Source: Candidatus Latescibacterota bacterium (GTDB taxonomy: Bacteria; Latescibacterota; 4484-107; B68-G9). From it: DNA of 36,671 nt. The stretch lies in NCBI GenBank assembly GCA_012962735.1, contig DTXA01000509.1:1-36671 (forward strand), given 5' to 3'. Shown here one piece after another: positions 10,899 to 19,053 of this stretch. The translations under genes were made by a program, and so were the position numbers. Below the pieces are notes generated by a model. The model did not search any database and was not told the DNA's origin. It saw nothing but the letters and a program-made list of their open reading frames with translations. Positions within the stretch are counted from its first letter, which is position 1. The number at the start of each line of letters is the position of its first letter.

Positions 10899-12199
10899 CA
10901 CGTCCTCCCCGGATATTCCACTAACCCAGAAGTCCCCTGAAAGATGATCCCCTCGTGTCCCATATCCTCAGCGGACTCGACCGCATCCCGGATCACCGCC
11001 GGGGGCCAGAGCCTTCCTTTGACCACGGGGTATGAGACCCCGGAAATGAACGCCCGGGCCTTGTACAACTCCCGTACAAGGATGTCCTTGAGGGGCAAAC
11101 ACCTGTACTCCCCATCCGGCCCTCCCACCCCCAGGTCCTCTATCGCCTCAGGCAGGCCCGCCATGTCCCCATACCCGAACAGGCAGTACACCGATCTCAA
11201 TGCCTCCCTCTCCCCCAGCCCCGGGACCCAGGAGCACAAAAGGCCCGCATACGCCGCCCACGTCGAACTTATGAACACCTCCACGTGGGGAAGCAGGGGG
11301 CTGACGAAGTCCAGGCTCTCCCCCAGATCTCGGTATAGGTGGCCCACCAAGGGGGCGAAGGACGGCGGAAACGCATCCCCTCCGAAGAGCACCTTCCCCC
11401 CCGTAGCCCTGTGCACCGCATCCCGGAAGCGCCGCAGGTTCCGGGAGATCACCTCGGCCCGGAATCGGAACCAGTTCAAAACCCCCTCCTCCAGCACCTG
11501 CACCAGGTCCGTCCATCCCATCCCGGTCCGGGCCATATGTCGGACGGAACCGGCGTCCAGCCGCCTCAGTCCGTCTAAAAGCTGGGTCATCCCCCTCCGC
11601 ATCCCCTCGAAGTCGTACCCCATCTCCTCGGCCGCCTCCCGACACTTCGGGCATGCGCACCCGAAAAGCCCGTAGAAGAAAGCGGGAGCGGTGTACCGGT
11701 AGTGCGTCACGTCGATCCCCTCCACATCGTAACTCCGGGCCATATCCGAGAACGCGGCCTCGAACCATTCGTTCAGCTCCGGGTGGTTGGGACAGAACGT
11801 CAGCCAGTACTGCTCCACCGCATACGGGACCTCGGGCGTCTCGGAGACGGGCCTCCCCGAGAAATCCACCGAGACCATATCCGGGAATCGTTCCGCTCCG
11901 ATGTACTGCCATCCAGCACCCAAGAGCCAGACCCGGATCCCCCTTCTGTGCGCCTCTCGGATCGCCAGACGGAGAAGCGAATCGTCGTTCCCGTACTGCA
12001 CCCCCGGGGGCTCACCTCCGCCCCGCCTGGCCACGGGGTCCAGGGCCCGGACCTCCGGAGATAGGTTGTACCTCCCCCCCTTCAGGCCGGAGCCCAAGAT
12101 CACCAGGTTCAATCCTATCTCCCGCTGCAGCGCCTCTATGTACCTGGGGTCCCGGGCTACGACCTCGCTGTCGGTATACAACCCCACTAACTTACCCAT
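10898..12199 (-). CDS. hypothetical protein, possibly a glycoside-hydrolase-like (GHL) TIM barrel
   Basis: ORF 10898..12430 trimmed to ATG 12199 (MGKLVGLYTD...), which overlaps the aminotransferase stop by 1 nt (TGATG). The untrimmed 77 codons lie inside the upstream gene. Segments RGIRVWLLGAGW and VEGIDVTHYRYTAPAFFYGLFGCACPKCREAAEEMGYDF resemble GHL6/GHL10-type hypothetical glycosidases. The family call is tentative. Confidence 0.45.
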   Translation of the reverse strand: MGKLVGLYTDSEVVARDPRYIEALQREIGLNLVILGSGLKGGRYNLSPEVRALDPVARRGGGEPPGVQYGNDDSLLRLAIREAHRRGIRVWLLGAGWQYIGAERFPDMVSVDFSGRPVSETPEVPYAVEQYWLTFCPNHPELNEWFEAAFSDMARSYDVEGIDVTHYRYTAPAFFYGLFGCACPKCREAAEEMGYDFEGMRRGMTQLLDGLRRLDAGSVRHMARTGMGWTDLVQVLEEGVLNWFRFRAEVISRNLRRFRDAVHRATGGKVLFGGDAFPPSFAPLVGHLYRDLGESLDFVSPLLPHVEVFISSTWAAYAGLLCSWVPGLGEREALRSVYCLFGYGDMAGLPEAIEDLGVGGPDGEYRCLPLKDILVRELYKARAFISGVSYPVVKGRLWPPAVIRDAVESAEDMGHEGIIFQGTSGLVEYPGRT

Positions 12200-13416
12200 C
12201 ACAAGGCTCCTTCCTCTGCGAATACCCTGGTCGCGGCCGCGACCCCGGCCCCAGCCGGCACATTCACCCCCATCTCCTTCAAGGTCTGCTCTAAAGCGTA
12301 GATCGTGGGCAACACGTACTGGGGTCTGGCCACGAACCCCATAGTCCCGATCCTGTCCCCCCCAATGGCCACCCCGTACTTCTCCTGCATCAACTTCCCT
12401 AACTTCCCTACATCCAAGCCCTTGGGCCACACTACCTTAGTGCAAGATGGGGCGGCGATCTCCTCCCTCTTGGCCTTCACCCCGAGGCCCAACGCCCGCA
12501 CCGCCTCCCGGACCGCCTTAGATGCCACCTTATGCCTCCAGAAGACCCTCTCCGGTCCCTCATCGAAGACCTCGTCCAAGGCGGCTTTCAGTCCCTTTAT
12601 AAGCACGTAGGAGGGAGAAGGCCCATGCGCAGCCTTGCGCGCGGCCGCCACCGCCACATCCTGGACACCTCCCTCCCCCCGGGCGACCGCGTATGCCCTG
12701 CGCACTCCTTGATGGTACGCCCGCCACACTGTCAGGTCCATACAGAGGGAGCGGATCGGGGTCCTCCGCTCCTCCATCCGTCTCCACGCCCGTTCGCTCA
12801 CGGCCACTATGGCCGTCCCCTGGGGGGCGTTCAGGCTCTTCTGAGGACTGGTGCAGCAAAGGTCTATCCCCCAGTCGTCCACCCTCACCTCCATACATGC
12901 GAACGAACTCACCGCATCCACCATGTAGAGCACTCCCGGGAACTTCCGCACCACATCCCCTATCTCGTCCACCGGGTTCACCGTGCCCATGCTCGTCTCC
13001 ACATGCACCACCGCCACCATCTTCGCCTCGGGATGTTCCTCCAAAGCCTCTCGTATCATCTCCAGGGTCACAACGTCCCCGTCCTCCACCCTCACCGGCA
13101 CGGGTTCCGCCCCTATAACCGATGCGATGTCGTACAGAACCTGGCCGAAGATGCCGGATATGGCCGTGATGACCGTATCCCCCTCCTCCAAGGTGCTAAC
13201 CATAGCCGCCTCTTCTCCATACGTGGCACAGCCGTCCATAAGGATGACATCGTCTTTGGTATGTAACAATCGCTGGATCATCTCTACGGCCGCGACTTCT
13301 ATCTCCCAGTAGGGGGGGTAGTAGATGGGCGTGCCCAACTGTTTCCCCATCTCTTCCAATGCCTTAGGATATATATCCGTCTGGCCGCAGCTCATGTTGA
13401 TACGGGCCTGTCGCAT
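12199..13416 (-). CDS. class V pyridoxal-phosphate aminotransferase (alanine-glyoxylate / serine-pyruvate / AEP-transaminase family)
   Basis: ORF 12199..13419 (GTG); ATG 13416 has GGAGG 7 nt upstream. Motifs: VVHVETSMGTVNP, MVDAVSSF, and TSPQKSLNAPQG (PLP-binding Lys). Confidence 0.8.
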   Translation of the reverse strand: MRQARINMSCGQTDIYPKALEEMGKQLGTPIYYPPYWEIEVAAVEMIQRLLHTKDDVILMDGCATYGEEAAMVSTLEEGDTVITAISGIFGQVLYDIASVIGAEPVPVRVEDGDVVTLEMIREALEEHPEAKMVAVVHVETSMGTVNPVDEIGDVVRKFPGVLYMVDAVSSFACMEVRVDDWGIDLCCTSPQKSLNAPQGTAIVAVSERAWRRMEERRTPIRSLCMDLTVWRAYHQGVRRAYAVARGEGGVQDVAVAAARKAAHGPSPSYVLIKGLKAALDEVFDEGPERVFWRHKVASKAVREAVRALGLGVKAKREEIAAPSCTKVVWPKGLDVGKLGKLMQEKYGVAIGGDRIGTMGFVARPQYVLPTIYALEQTLKEMGVNVPAGAGVAAATRVFAEEGAL

Positions 13417-13446
13417 CACCTCACCTCCGTTTATCTTTATAGGGGC

Positions 13447-14301
13447 TTAGCCCTTGAGGGCCCCAACCGTGATCCCCTTGGTTATGCGCTCCTGCAAGAT
13501 GGCGTACCCGATTATCGTGGGCAACATCACTATCACCAGCCCAGCGAACAGCGAACCCCAGTCGGTCTTGTAGTGCTCCACCATCATCAGGTTCGCTATC
13601 CCCAGTGGCAAAGTCCTCAGGGCCGAAGACGATATCACCACAAGCGCTAGCACGTACTCGTTCCATATCGCTATGAAAGTGAATATCGCCACAGCTATGA
13701 GCCCCGGCTTGGCCAAAGGCAACATTATCCTCCAGAAAACTCCGAAGGGGGAACAACCATCTATGAGCCCGGCTTCCTCAAGTTCCTTGGGGATGGTCTT
13801 GAAGAAGGCGGTCAGCACGAAGACCGTAAACGGTATACCAGAGGCTATGTACACCGATATCAGCCCCGTATGGGTGTCCAAAAGCCCCAGGTCTTTCAGG
13901 AGGAAGAACATAGGCACTAACGCAAGGAATATCGGGAACATAAGCCCAGCCAAGAAGAAATAGTACAACAGTGAATTACCCCTGAACCTGTACCTGGCCA
14001 ACGCATAGCTCGCCATAGCGCCTATTATAAGCTGGATGGCCACCGTTGTCACGGTGACGAACACACTGTTGAAGAAAAAGCTCCCTATCTGAGCGTCCCT
14101 CCATGCGTTGATGTAGTTCTCAAAATGGAACTTCCTGGGAAGCGCCCATGCGTTGGCGAAGAGCTCCCTGCTCGACTTGAAGGAAGTATATGCCAGCCAC
14201 ACCATAGGGTATATCACCACGACGCTGTACGCGACGAAGATGACCTGCATAACCAACTTCCTGAGCAGTGCCCTCCAGTCCCGTCCTCTCACTTCCGGCA
14301 T
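13447..14301 (-). CDS. carbohydrate ABC transporter permease (MalG-like, CUT1)
   Basis: 284-aa polytopic ORF. EAA loop EEAGLIDGCSPFGVFWRIMLPLAKPG. GAGGGAGG SD. 10 nt after the upstream permease stop. Confidence 0.9.
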   Translation of the reverse strand: MPEVRGRDWRALLRKLVMQVIFVAYSVVVIYPMVWLAYTSFKSSRELFANAWALPRKFHFENYINAWRDAQIGSFFFNSVFVTVTTVAIQLIIGAMASYALARYRFRGNSLLYYFFLAGLMFPIFLALVPMFFLLKDLGLLDTHTGLISVYIASGIPFTVFVLTAFFKTIPKELEEAGLIDGCSPFGVFWRIMLPLAKPGLIAVAIFTFIAIWNEYVLALVVISSSALRTLPLGIANLMMVEHYKTDWGSLFAGLVIVMLPTIIGYAILQERITKGITVGALKG

Positions 14302-14311
14302 AGCCCCTCCC

Positions 14312-15190
14312 TCAGTACTGCACCGTCTCCCTCTTCTGAAGCCTTATGGACAACAGCGCAAGCACGAACGTTATCAGGAAAAGCGCAATGGCTATGGCTG
14401 TGGCATAGCCGAACTTTCCGAACTTGAATGCATTGTCGTAGAGGTACGTCGCCATGGTCTCCGTGCTCCGGTTCGGCCCACCGTCGGTCATTATCTTCAC
14501 AACCGCGAACGTCCCGAACCCGTTCAGGAGGAGGAACACAACCGTAACTTTCATAATCTCGCTCAAAAGTGGAAGCGTAACGTGCCAGAAAGCCTTCCAT
14601 TCGCTCGCACCGTCTATCTTCGCCGCATCATACAGGTCTGTGGGTATTCCCTCCAAGGCCGAAAGGTACAATATCATATAGAACCCCACGGCAGCCCAGA
14701 CCTTCACCGCCACTATGCACCAGGGAGCCGTCTTCACGCTCCCCAACCAGGCCGGCAGGCTCTTCATCCCCAAAATCCTCAGGAAATTGGTTAATATCCC
14801 GAAGTCCGGATTCAGCACGAAGGACCAAAGCACCGCAATGGCCACAACCGATATGAGATTGGGGAAGAAATACATGATCCTGAAGAACCTCGCCCCCCAA
14901 ACCAACCTCCGGGACATCACCACCGCGAAGAACAAAGCTATGACAGGTACGATCGTCCCGTTCGTCACTGTGAAGAACGAAGTGTTCTTCAGAGCGTTCC
15001 AGAAGTAGGGGTCGTGTAGCATAGTCCAGAAGTTCTCAAGCCCTATGAAAGACATCTGCGTGGAAACCCCACGCCAGTCGGTCAACCCGATGTAGAACGC
15101 CCTGATGTATGGGTACACCATAAATACCCCGTACATGATGAACGCGGGCATGATAAAAAGTGCTATCACCTTCCTCTGTCCCTTCCTCAT
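14312..15190 (-). CDS. carbohydrate ABC transporter permease (MalF-like, CUT1)
   Basis: 292-aa polytopic ORF. EAA loop YDAAKIDGASEWKAFWHVTLPLL. GGGAGGGA SD. Confidence 0.9.
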   Translation of the reverse strand: MRKGQRKVIALFIMPAFIMYGVFMVYPYIRAFYIGLTDWRGVSTQMSFIGLENFWTMLHDPYFWNALKNTSFFTVTNGTIVPVIALFFAVVMSRRLVWGARFFRIMYFFPNLISVVAIAVLWSFVLNPDFGILTNFLRILGMKSLPAWLGSVKTAPWCIVAVKVWAAVGFYMILYLSALEGIPTDLYDAAKIDGASEWKAFWHVTLPLLSEIMKVTVVFLLLNGFGTFAVVKIMTDGGPNRSTETMATYLYDNAFKFGKFGYATAIAIALFLITFVLALLSIRLQKRETVQY

Positions 15191-15235
15191 AATTCATCCC
15201 TCCCGCTCGGCCAGGTCCTTTCTATACCGAACTTC

Positions 15236-16588
15236 CTAACGAGAAGCCAATAGCTTAGGCGGTTCTCTGTGGTACTTACGGATGGTGGGATCCTTCCTTA
15301 TACGCTCTGCGATCCGCTCTATCCTATGGGCGAACTCCTCCGGGGGAATCCCCTCGTAAAGAAGCGCTGCTAAGGCGTTCTCGGCCCCATCCTCCATCTC
15401 CTCGTACCAGTCCGTGAACCTCATATAGAAAGTCTCGCCCTTTGCCGCCTTTACGGCATCTATAGCGCTTTGCAAGGCCTCTGGGATCTTTATTCCCTCT
15501 GTGGCCCCCTCGATCGGCATGAGGTCCCTGACCTTTCTGACGAAGTTCTGTGCCATCTTCTTGGAGAGTAGTATCCTCAAATACTCCATACCCAATTCTT
15601 TGTGCTTAGCCTGGGCCGGCACCCAGAGAGCTGCCCCGGCCGAGGCTTCTATAGCCTCCGCGCTCCCCTTCCCGCCCGGCACCGCCGGAAGGGGCATTAT
15701 CCTCATCCTGAACCCAGAGGGTATGGCCTCCTTCATCTCGTTCTCAAGCCACGTCCCGCAGGGGACCATCGCCGCCTTCCCCTGAAGCCATACCATCTGC
15801 GCTTCCGTATGGGTGAGGGCCGAGGACCCCTCCAAAACGTACCCCCTGTCTATCAGCTCCCTGCACATCCGCGCCGCCCTTACCACCTCAGGCCTCTCCC
15901 AGGCCCCCGGCACCAAGTTGTCCAAGTCTATCAGAAGTTCGTACCCTCCGATCTTGTACAACAGCGCGCGGAAGATGATGCTGTAGTACGAGGGATACCT
16001 TCCCTGGTGCACCAGGGGGGCTATGCCCATGGCCTCGATCTCCTCGCAAAGCTCGAGGAACTCATCCCATGTCTTGGGGGGCTTCCATCCGTACTTCTCG
16101 AACATATTCACATTATACCAAAGCCCCAGAACTGCGAAAGTGATCGGCAGGAAATACTGGTGTCCCTCGTACCTCCCCCGGTCCAGGGCCCCCGGCAGGA
16201 ACGTATCCTTGAACTTTATATGCTCCTGCCCGTACGCCGGCGCCTCCATAAGGGAGTCAAGGGGGGCCACCAGCCCTTCCTGTAGGTTCACCCATATATT
16301 TATGTTGTGTATCCCCCAGAAGACATCGGGGGGGTTGCCGGCCAAAAACCTCGTCCTGGTCTGGTCCCACACCCTCGGGTTCCCCCAGATGTAAGCTTTG
16401 TACCCCGGGTGTACCTTCTCGAACTCCCTTCCGGCGTCGTACAGCCACTCCATCCCGTACCCGCCCTGGAAGAAAGCGCCCTCCATCATCCGCTCGCCGA
16501 ACTCCCTTGTGCCCCCCCGTCCCTTGTACACGATGGAAAGCAGATACAAAGCTGCCAATAAGGCCAACCCTACCTTCTCCCTCAACAT
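15236..16588 (-). CDS. ABC transporter extracellular solute-binding protein (sugar family 1)
   Basis: 450-aa ORF with an N-terminal hydrophobic anchor (GLALLAALYLLSIV). Typical SBP_bac_1 features (FLAGNPPDVFW, WYNVNMFEKYGWKPPKTWDEFLELCE). GGAGG SD. First gene of the operon. Confidence 0.85.
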   Translation of the reverse strand: MLREKVGLALLAALYLLSIVYKGRGGTREFGERMMEGAFFQGGYGMEWLYDAGREFEKVHPGYKAYIWGNPRVWDQTRTRFLAGNPPDVFWGIHNINIWVNLQEGLVAPLDSLMEAPAYGQEHIKFKDTFLPGALDRGRYEGHQYFLPITFAVLGLWYNVNMFEKYGWKPPKTWDEFLELCEEIEAMGIAPLVHQGRYPSYYSIIFRALLYKIGGYELLIDLDNLVPGAWERPEVVRAARMCRELIDRGYVLEGSSALTHTEAQMVWLQGKAAMVPCGTWLENEMKEAIPSGFRMRIMPLPAVPGGKGSAEAIEASAGAALWVPAQAKHKELGMEYLRILLSKKMAQNFVRKVRDLMPIEGATEGIKIPEALQSAIDAVKAAKGETFYMRFTDWYEEMEDGAENALAALLYEGIPPEEFAHRIERIAERIRKDPTIRKYHREPPKLLASR

Positions 16589-16608
16589 AGGTCCTCCGGT
16601 AAAATGAT

Positions 16609-16647
16609 GGGCATACTACTTATACCGCAGGTATAAGTAGTATGCCC
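16609..16647 (-). terminator. perfect 17-bp-arm hairpin: terminator of the ExbBD operon and/or operator of the ABC operon
   Basis: GGGCATACTACTTATAC (16609-16625), loop CGCAG, GTATAAGTAGTATGCCC (16631-16647). On the minus strand it is followed by AUCAUUUU. It sits 32 nt after the stop at 16680 and 20 nt before ATG 16588. Confidence 0.5.
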
Positions 16648-16679
16648 CTTAGCAGTCCTTCCCGCATTACCTGGAAAGG

Positions 16680-17864
16680 CTACCGCATCGTATACTGGCT
16701 GATGTTGGCGATCCCACCCGGCTGGGTGAGCGCATACACGATCAGGTTCACCCCGAACTGCAGCCCCCGCTCCCGGCCGGCCTGGGCCTCCGGGCAGGGG
16801 TCCCCCCAGTACCAGCTTATGTTTAGGTCGCTGAACACCACCGCAAGCCGGCCTCGGATCTCTATCCCCTCGAGATAATCCACATTCCCGCCCGTGGCCC
16901 CGCCTAAAGGCGGGCCGTCGTCGAAATCGTAGAAGCTGTGGAACAAGGGATGGTCGTTCGGGATGCGGAAAAACTTCGCCTCAGCCCCTAACGCCCGTTT
17001 CAGGAGCGCCCGCATCTGAGAATCGAAGGCCGTCCCCTTCAGCCCTCGCTGGGGGTTTGGCTTCCACTCTTTCTCCGTGCCCGTCGGGGGGATCTGGGGA
17101 GCTATGTCGTCGCAGAAGAGGAACCCCCCGTTGCGAAGGTACTCCCCCAGGTTTTTGATCTCGGTGTCGCTGAGGTCCATTACTGCCGTGTACCCCGTCA
17201 TGTAGATGAACGGGGCCTCGAACAGCCTGGGGTCGCTGAGCTCTATCTTCGTCCCCTCGATTTTGGCCCGGAGCTTGGTGTTGTCGTTTATGTACCGGAT
17301 CAAGTTCGGTATGGCCATCGGGTAAGAGTCCACATCCGGGTCCTGGAATTTATAGGTCACCAGGGTCATATTGAAGAAGCCCCGGATATTCCTCTTATTC
17401 TCCGGATCGGGTATCACGATGGCCTTATACCGACCTATGTCTAAGTCCTCCACGCTTAAAAGTTCGGTCTTGAGGTCCACGGCCTCCTGGGTTAGCGTGG
17501 GGGACCCTCCGGTCACATCCACCACCTCGGCCACCTCAAGCTGCATCTCCTCGGGCTTGGCCCCGCTGTAAGCGCCCATAACCTCCCGCATCGTAGGGGA
17601 TATCGCCCCGATGAGGTCAGCCCCAAGGGCGCTGATATCGGCGACCACCGTCACATCGGCGAGCTGAGGAGCCTGAGTTTGGGCCAAGACGAACTCCATC
17701 TGGACCTCGGAGAGTTCAGGCCTCTTGGCCAGCTCGAAGCTCTTCTTCAGGATGGGCGGCGGAGCCACGAAGCGGATATGGAACATCTCCTCCTCGGCCA
17801 CCCCTTTGGCCAAGCGCATGGAGATGTAAAACACAGCCCCGTGCATAAGCACGGATATGAACAT
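16680..17864 (-). CDS. TonB/TolA-type membrane anchor fused to a DUF4159-like domain
   Basis: 394-aa ORF. The N-terminus FISVLMHGAVFYISM has the S-x3-H signal-anchor signature of TonB/TolA, followed by FVAPPP. The C-terminal part matches my memory of DUF4159: LFEAPFIYMTGY, LSDTEIKNLGEYLRNGGFLFCDD, NDHPLFHSFYDF, YLEGIEIRGRLAVVFSDLNISWYWG. The true start may lie upstream (see finding). Confidence 0.7.
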   Translation of the reverse strand: MFISVLMHGAVFYISMRLAKGVAEEEMFHIRFVAPPPILKKSFELAKRPELSEVQMEFVLAQTQAPQLADVTVVADISALGADLIGAISPTMREVMGAYSGAKPEEMQLEVAEVVDVTGGSPTLTQEAVDLKTELLSVEDLDIGRYKAIVIPDPENKRNIRGFFNMTLVTYKFQDPDVDSYPMAIPNLIRYINDNTKLRAKIEGTKIELSDPRLFEAPFIYMTGYTAVMDLSDTEIKNLGEYLRNGGFLFCDDIAPQIPPTGTEKEWKPNPQRGLKGTAFDSQMRALLKRALGAEAKFFRIPNDHPLFHSFYDFDDGPPLGGATGGNVDYLEGIEIRGRLAVVFSDLNISWYWGDPCPEAQAGRERGLQFGVNLIVYALTQPGGIANISQYTMR

Positions 17865-17926
17865 AGTGCCCAGAAGTCTGAGATGTTTCCGAATGGCTCA
17901 TCCCCCCTTTCTCGGAGAAAGGGCTC

Positions 17927-18352
17927 TCATCCTTTACCCTTCTCCTTGGGTGCTGTGGCCACGACGAGGTCAGTGCACCCCGCCTTCTTGGAGATGTCCA
18001 TCGCCTTCACCACCATGCCGTGGTAGGCCTTCTCATCCGCCTGGATGATGATCATCGTAGTGTTGTCCAACATCTTACGCTTCTTGATGATCTCTTCCTT
18101 CAGGTTGGCGAAAGTCACGCTCTTATGGTTGAGCTTAAGGTTCCCATCCTGGTCGATGGTGATGAACAGGTTCTCCTTCTCCGGGTTTTCAGCGGTCTCC
18201 GCCTCGGGGAGCTTAATATCCAACCCCGGAGTTATGGCGAACACTGCCGTCACCATAAAGAAGATCAGTAGCTGGAAGACCACATCTATCATCGGGGTCA
18301 TGTTCAGTCCTGCAGTTATCTCTCTACGCTCCTCAGTCTTACGCTGGATCAT
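17927..18352 (-). CDS. exbD: biopolymer transport protein ExbD/TolR
   Basis: 141-aa ORF. NMTPMIDVVFQLLIFFMVTA contains the conserved TM Asp. Periplasmic domain FITIDQDGNLKLNHKSV...IIIQADEKAYHGMVVKAMD. AAGGAGGTG SD. Confidence 0.9.
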   Translation of the reverse strand: MIQRKTEERREITAGLNMTPMIDVVFQLLIFFMVTAVFAITPGLDIKLPEAETAENPEKENLFITIDQDGNLKLNHKSVTFANLKEEIIKKRKMLDNTTMIIIQADEKAYHGMVVKAMDISKKAGCTDLVVATAPKEKGKG

Positions 18353-18367
18353 TTTCTGTTCACCTCC

Positions 18368-19024
18368 TTACGCCGCCTGCTTCATCCGGGTCAAGCGCCG
18401 CATCAGGGCATCTACAAAGAGGTGGCCATATGGCTCGAACTGGATGGCCTTGGTCGTGGCACGGCCATCGAAGACCGCATAGACCAACAGTGCGGGCACA
18501 GCTATAGAAAGCCCTGTCACCGTCGTGATCAAGGCCTCGGAAATACCCTTTGCCACGATCGTGGGCTCCCCCAATCCCTTCTCAGCTATCTGGGCGAACG
18601 CCACGATCATCCCCCTCACCGTCCCCAAAAGGCCCAGTAGCACCGATGTGCTGGCCAAAAAGCTCACCCAATCCAGGTACCTGCGCAGGTAACCCAGGGT
18701 CGCCCGCTCCACCGCCCCGTTTAGCTCAGCCCGTATCTCCTCTGAGGTGCGCTCCTCGGTGGAGAGGAACTGGAACCTCGCCACCCCCTCCGAGAGCACC
18801 TCCCCCTCAAGACGTCCCAGCCTTCTGCACGTCCGCTGGAGCTCATCTAAGGGGACGTCCCGGTTGATCATATCGATCACCTGGCCGGTCACCTTTCTGA
18901 TCTCCTCCACCTTGCGGGTGCGCAGGAAGGTGATCAACCTCTCCAAGAAGAACCCCACCACCATAATAGACCACAACAACAAGGGGTACATAAACGGGCC
19001 ACCTTTCTGGAAGAACTCTATCAT
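18368..19024 (-). CDS. exbB: MotA/TolQ/ExbB proton-channel family protein
   Basis: 218-aa ORF with three TM segments. C-terminal signature LLGLLGTVRGMIVAFAQIA...GISEALITTVTGLSIAVPAL. GGAGGGAGGTG SD. Confidence 0.9.
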   Translation of the reverse strand: MIEFFQKGGPFMYPLLLWSIMVVGFFLERLITFLRTRKVEEIRKVTGQVIDMINRDVPLDELQRTCRRLGRLEGEVLSEGVARFQFLSTEERTSEEIRAELNGAVERATLGYLRRYLDWVSFLASTSVLLGLLGTVRGMIVAFAQIAEKGLGEPTIVAKGISEALITTVTGLSIAVPALLVYAVFDGRATTKAIQFEPYGHLFVDALMRRLTRMKQAA

Positions 19025-19053
19025 CGCACCTCCCTCCTTTCGAAGTTGTTTTT

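Noticed and set aside
12100-12125. GGTTCAATCC, a tRNA T-loop-like string
   Set aside because: It lies inside a CDS, the flanking bases do not form a T-stem, and there is no acceptor or anticodon arm.
17716-17901. 61-aa ORF starting at the ATG that abuts the strong SD upstream of the DUF4159 gene
   Set aside because: Its translation is Gly/Arg/His-rich and lies out of frame over the real gene's 5' end. It is treated as evidence for a start-site anomaly rather than as a gene.
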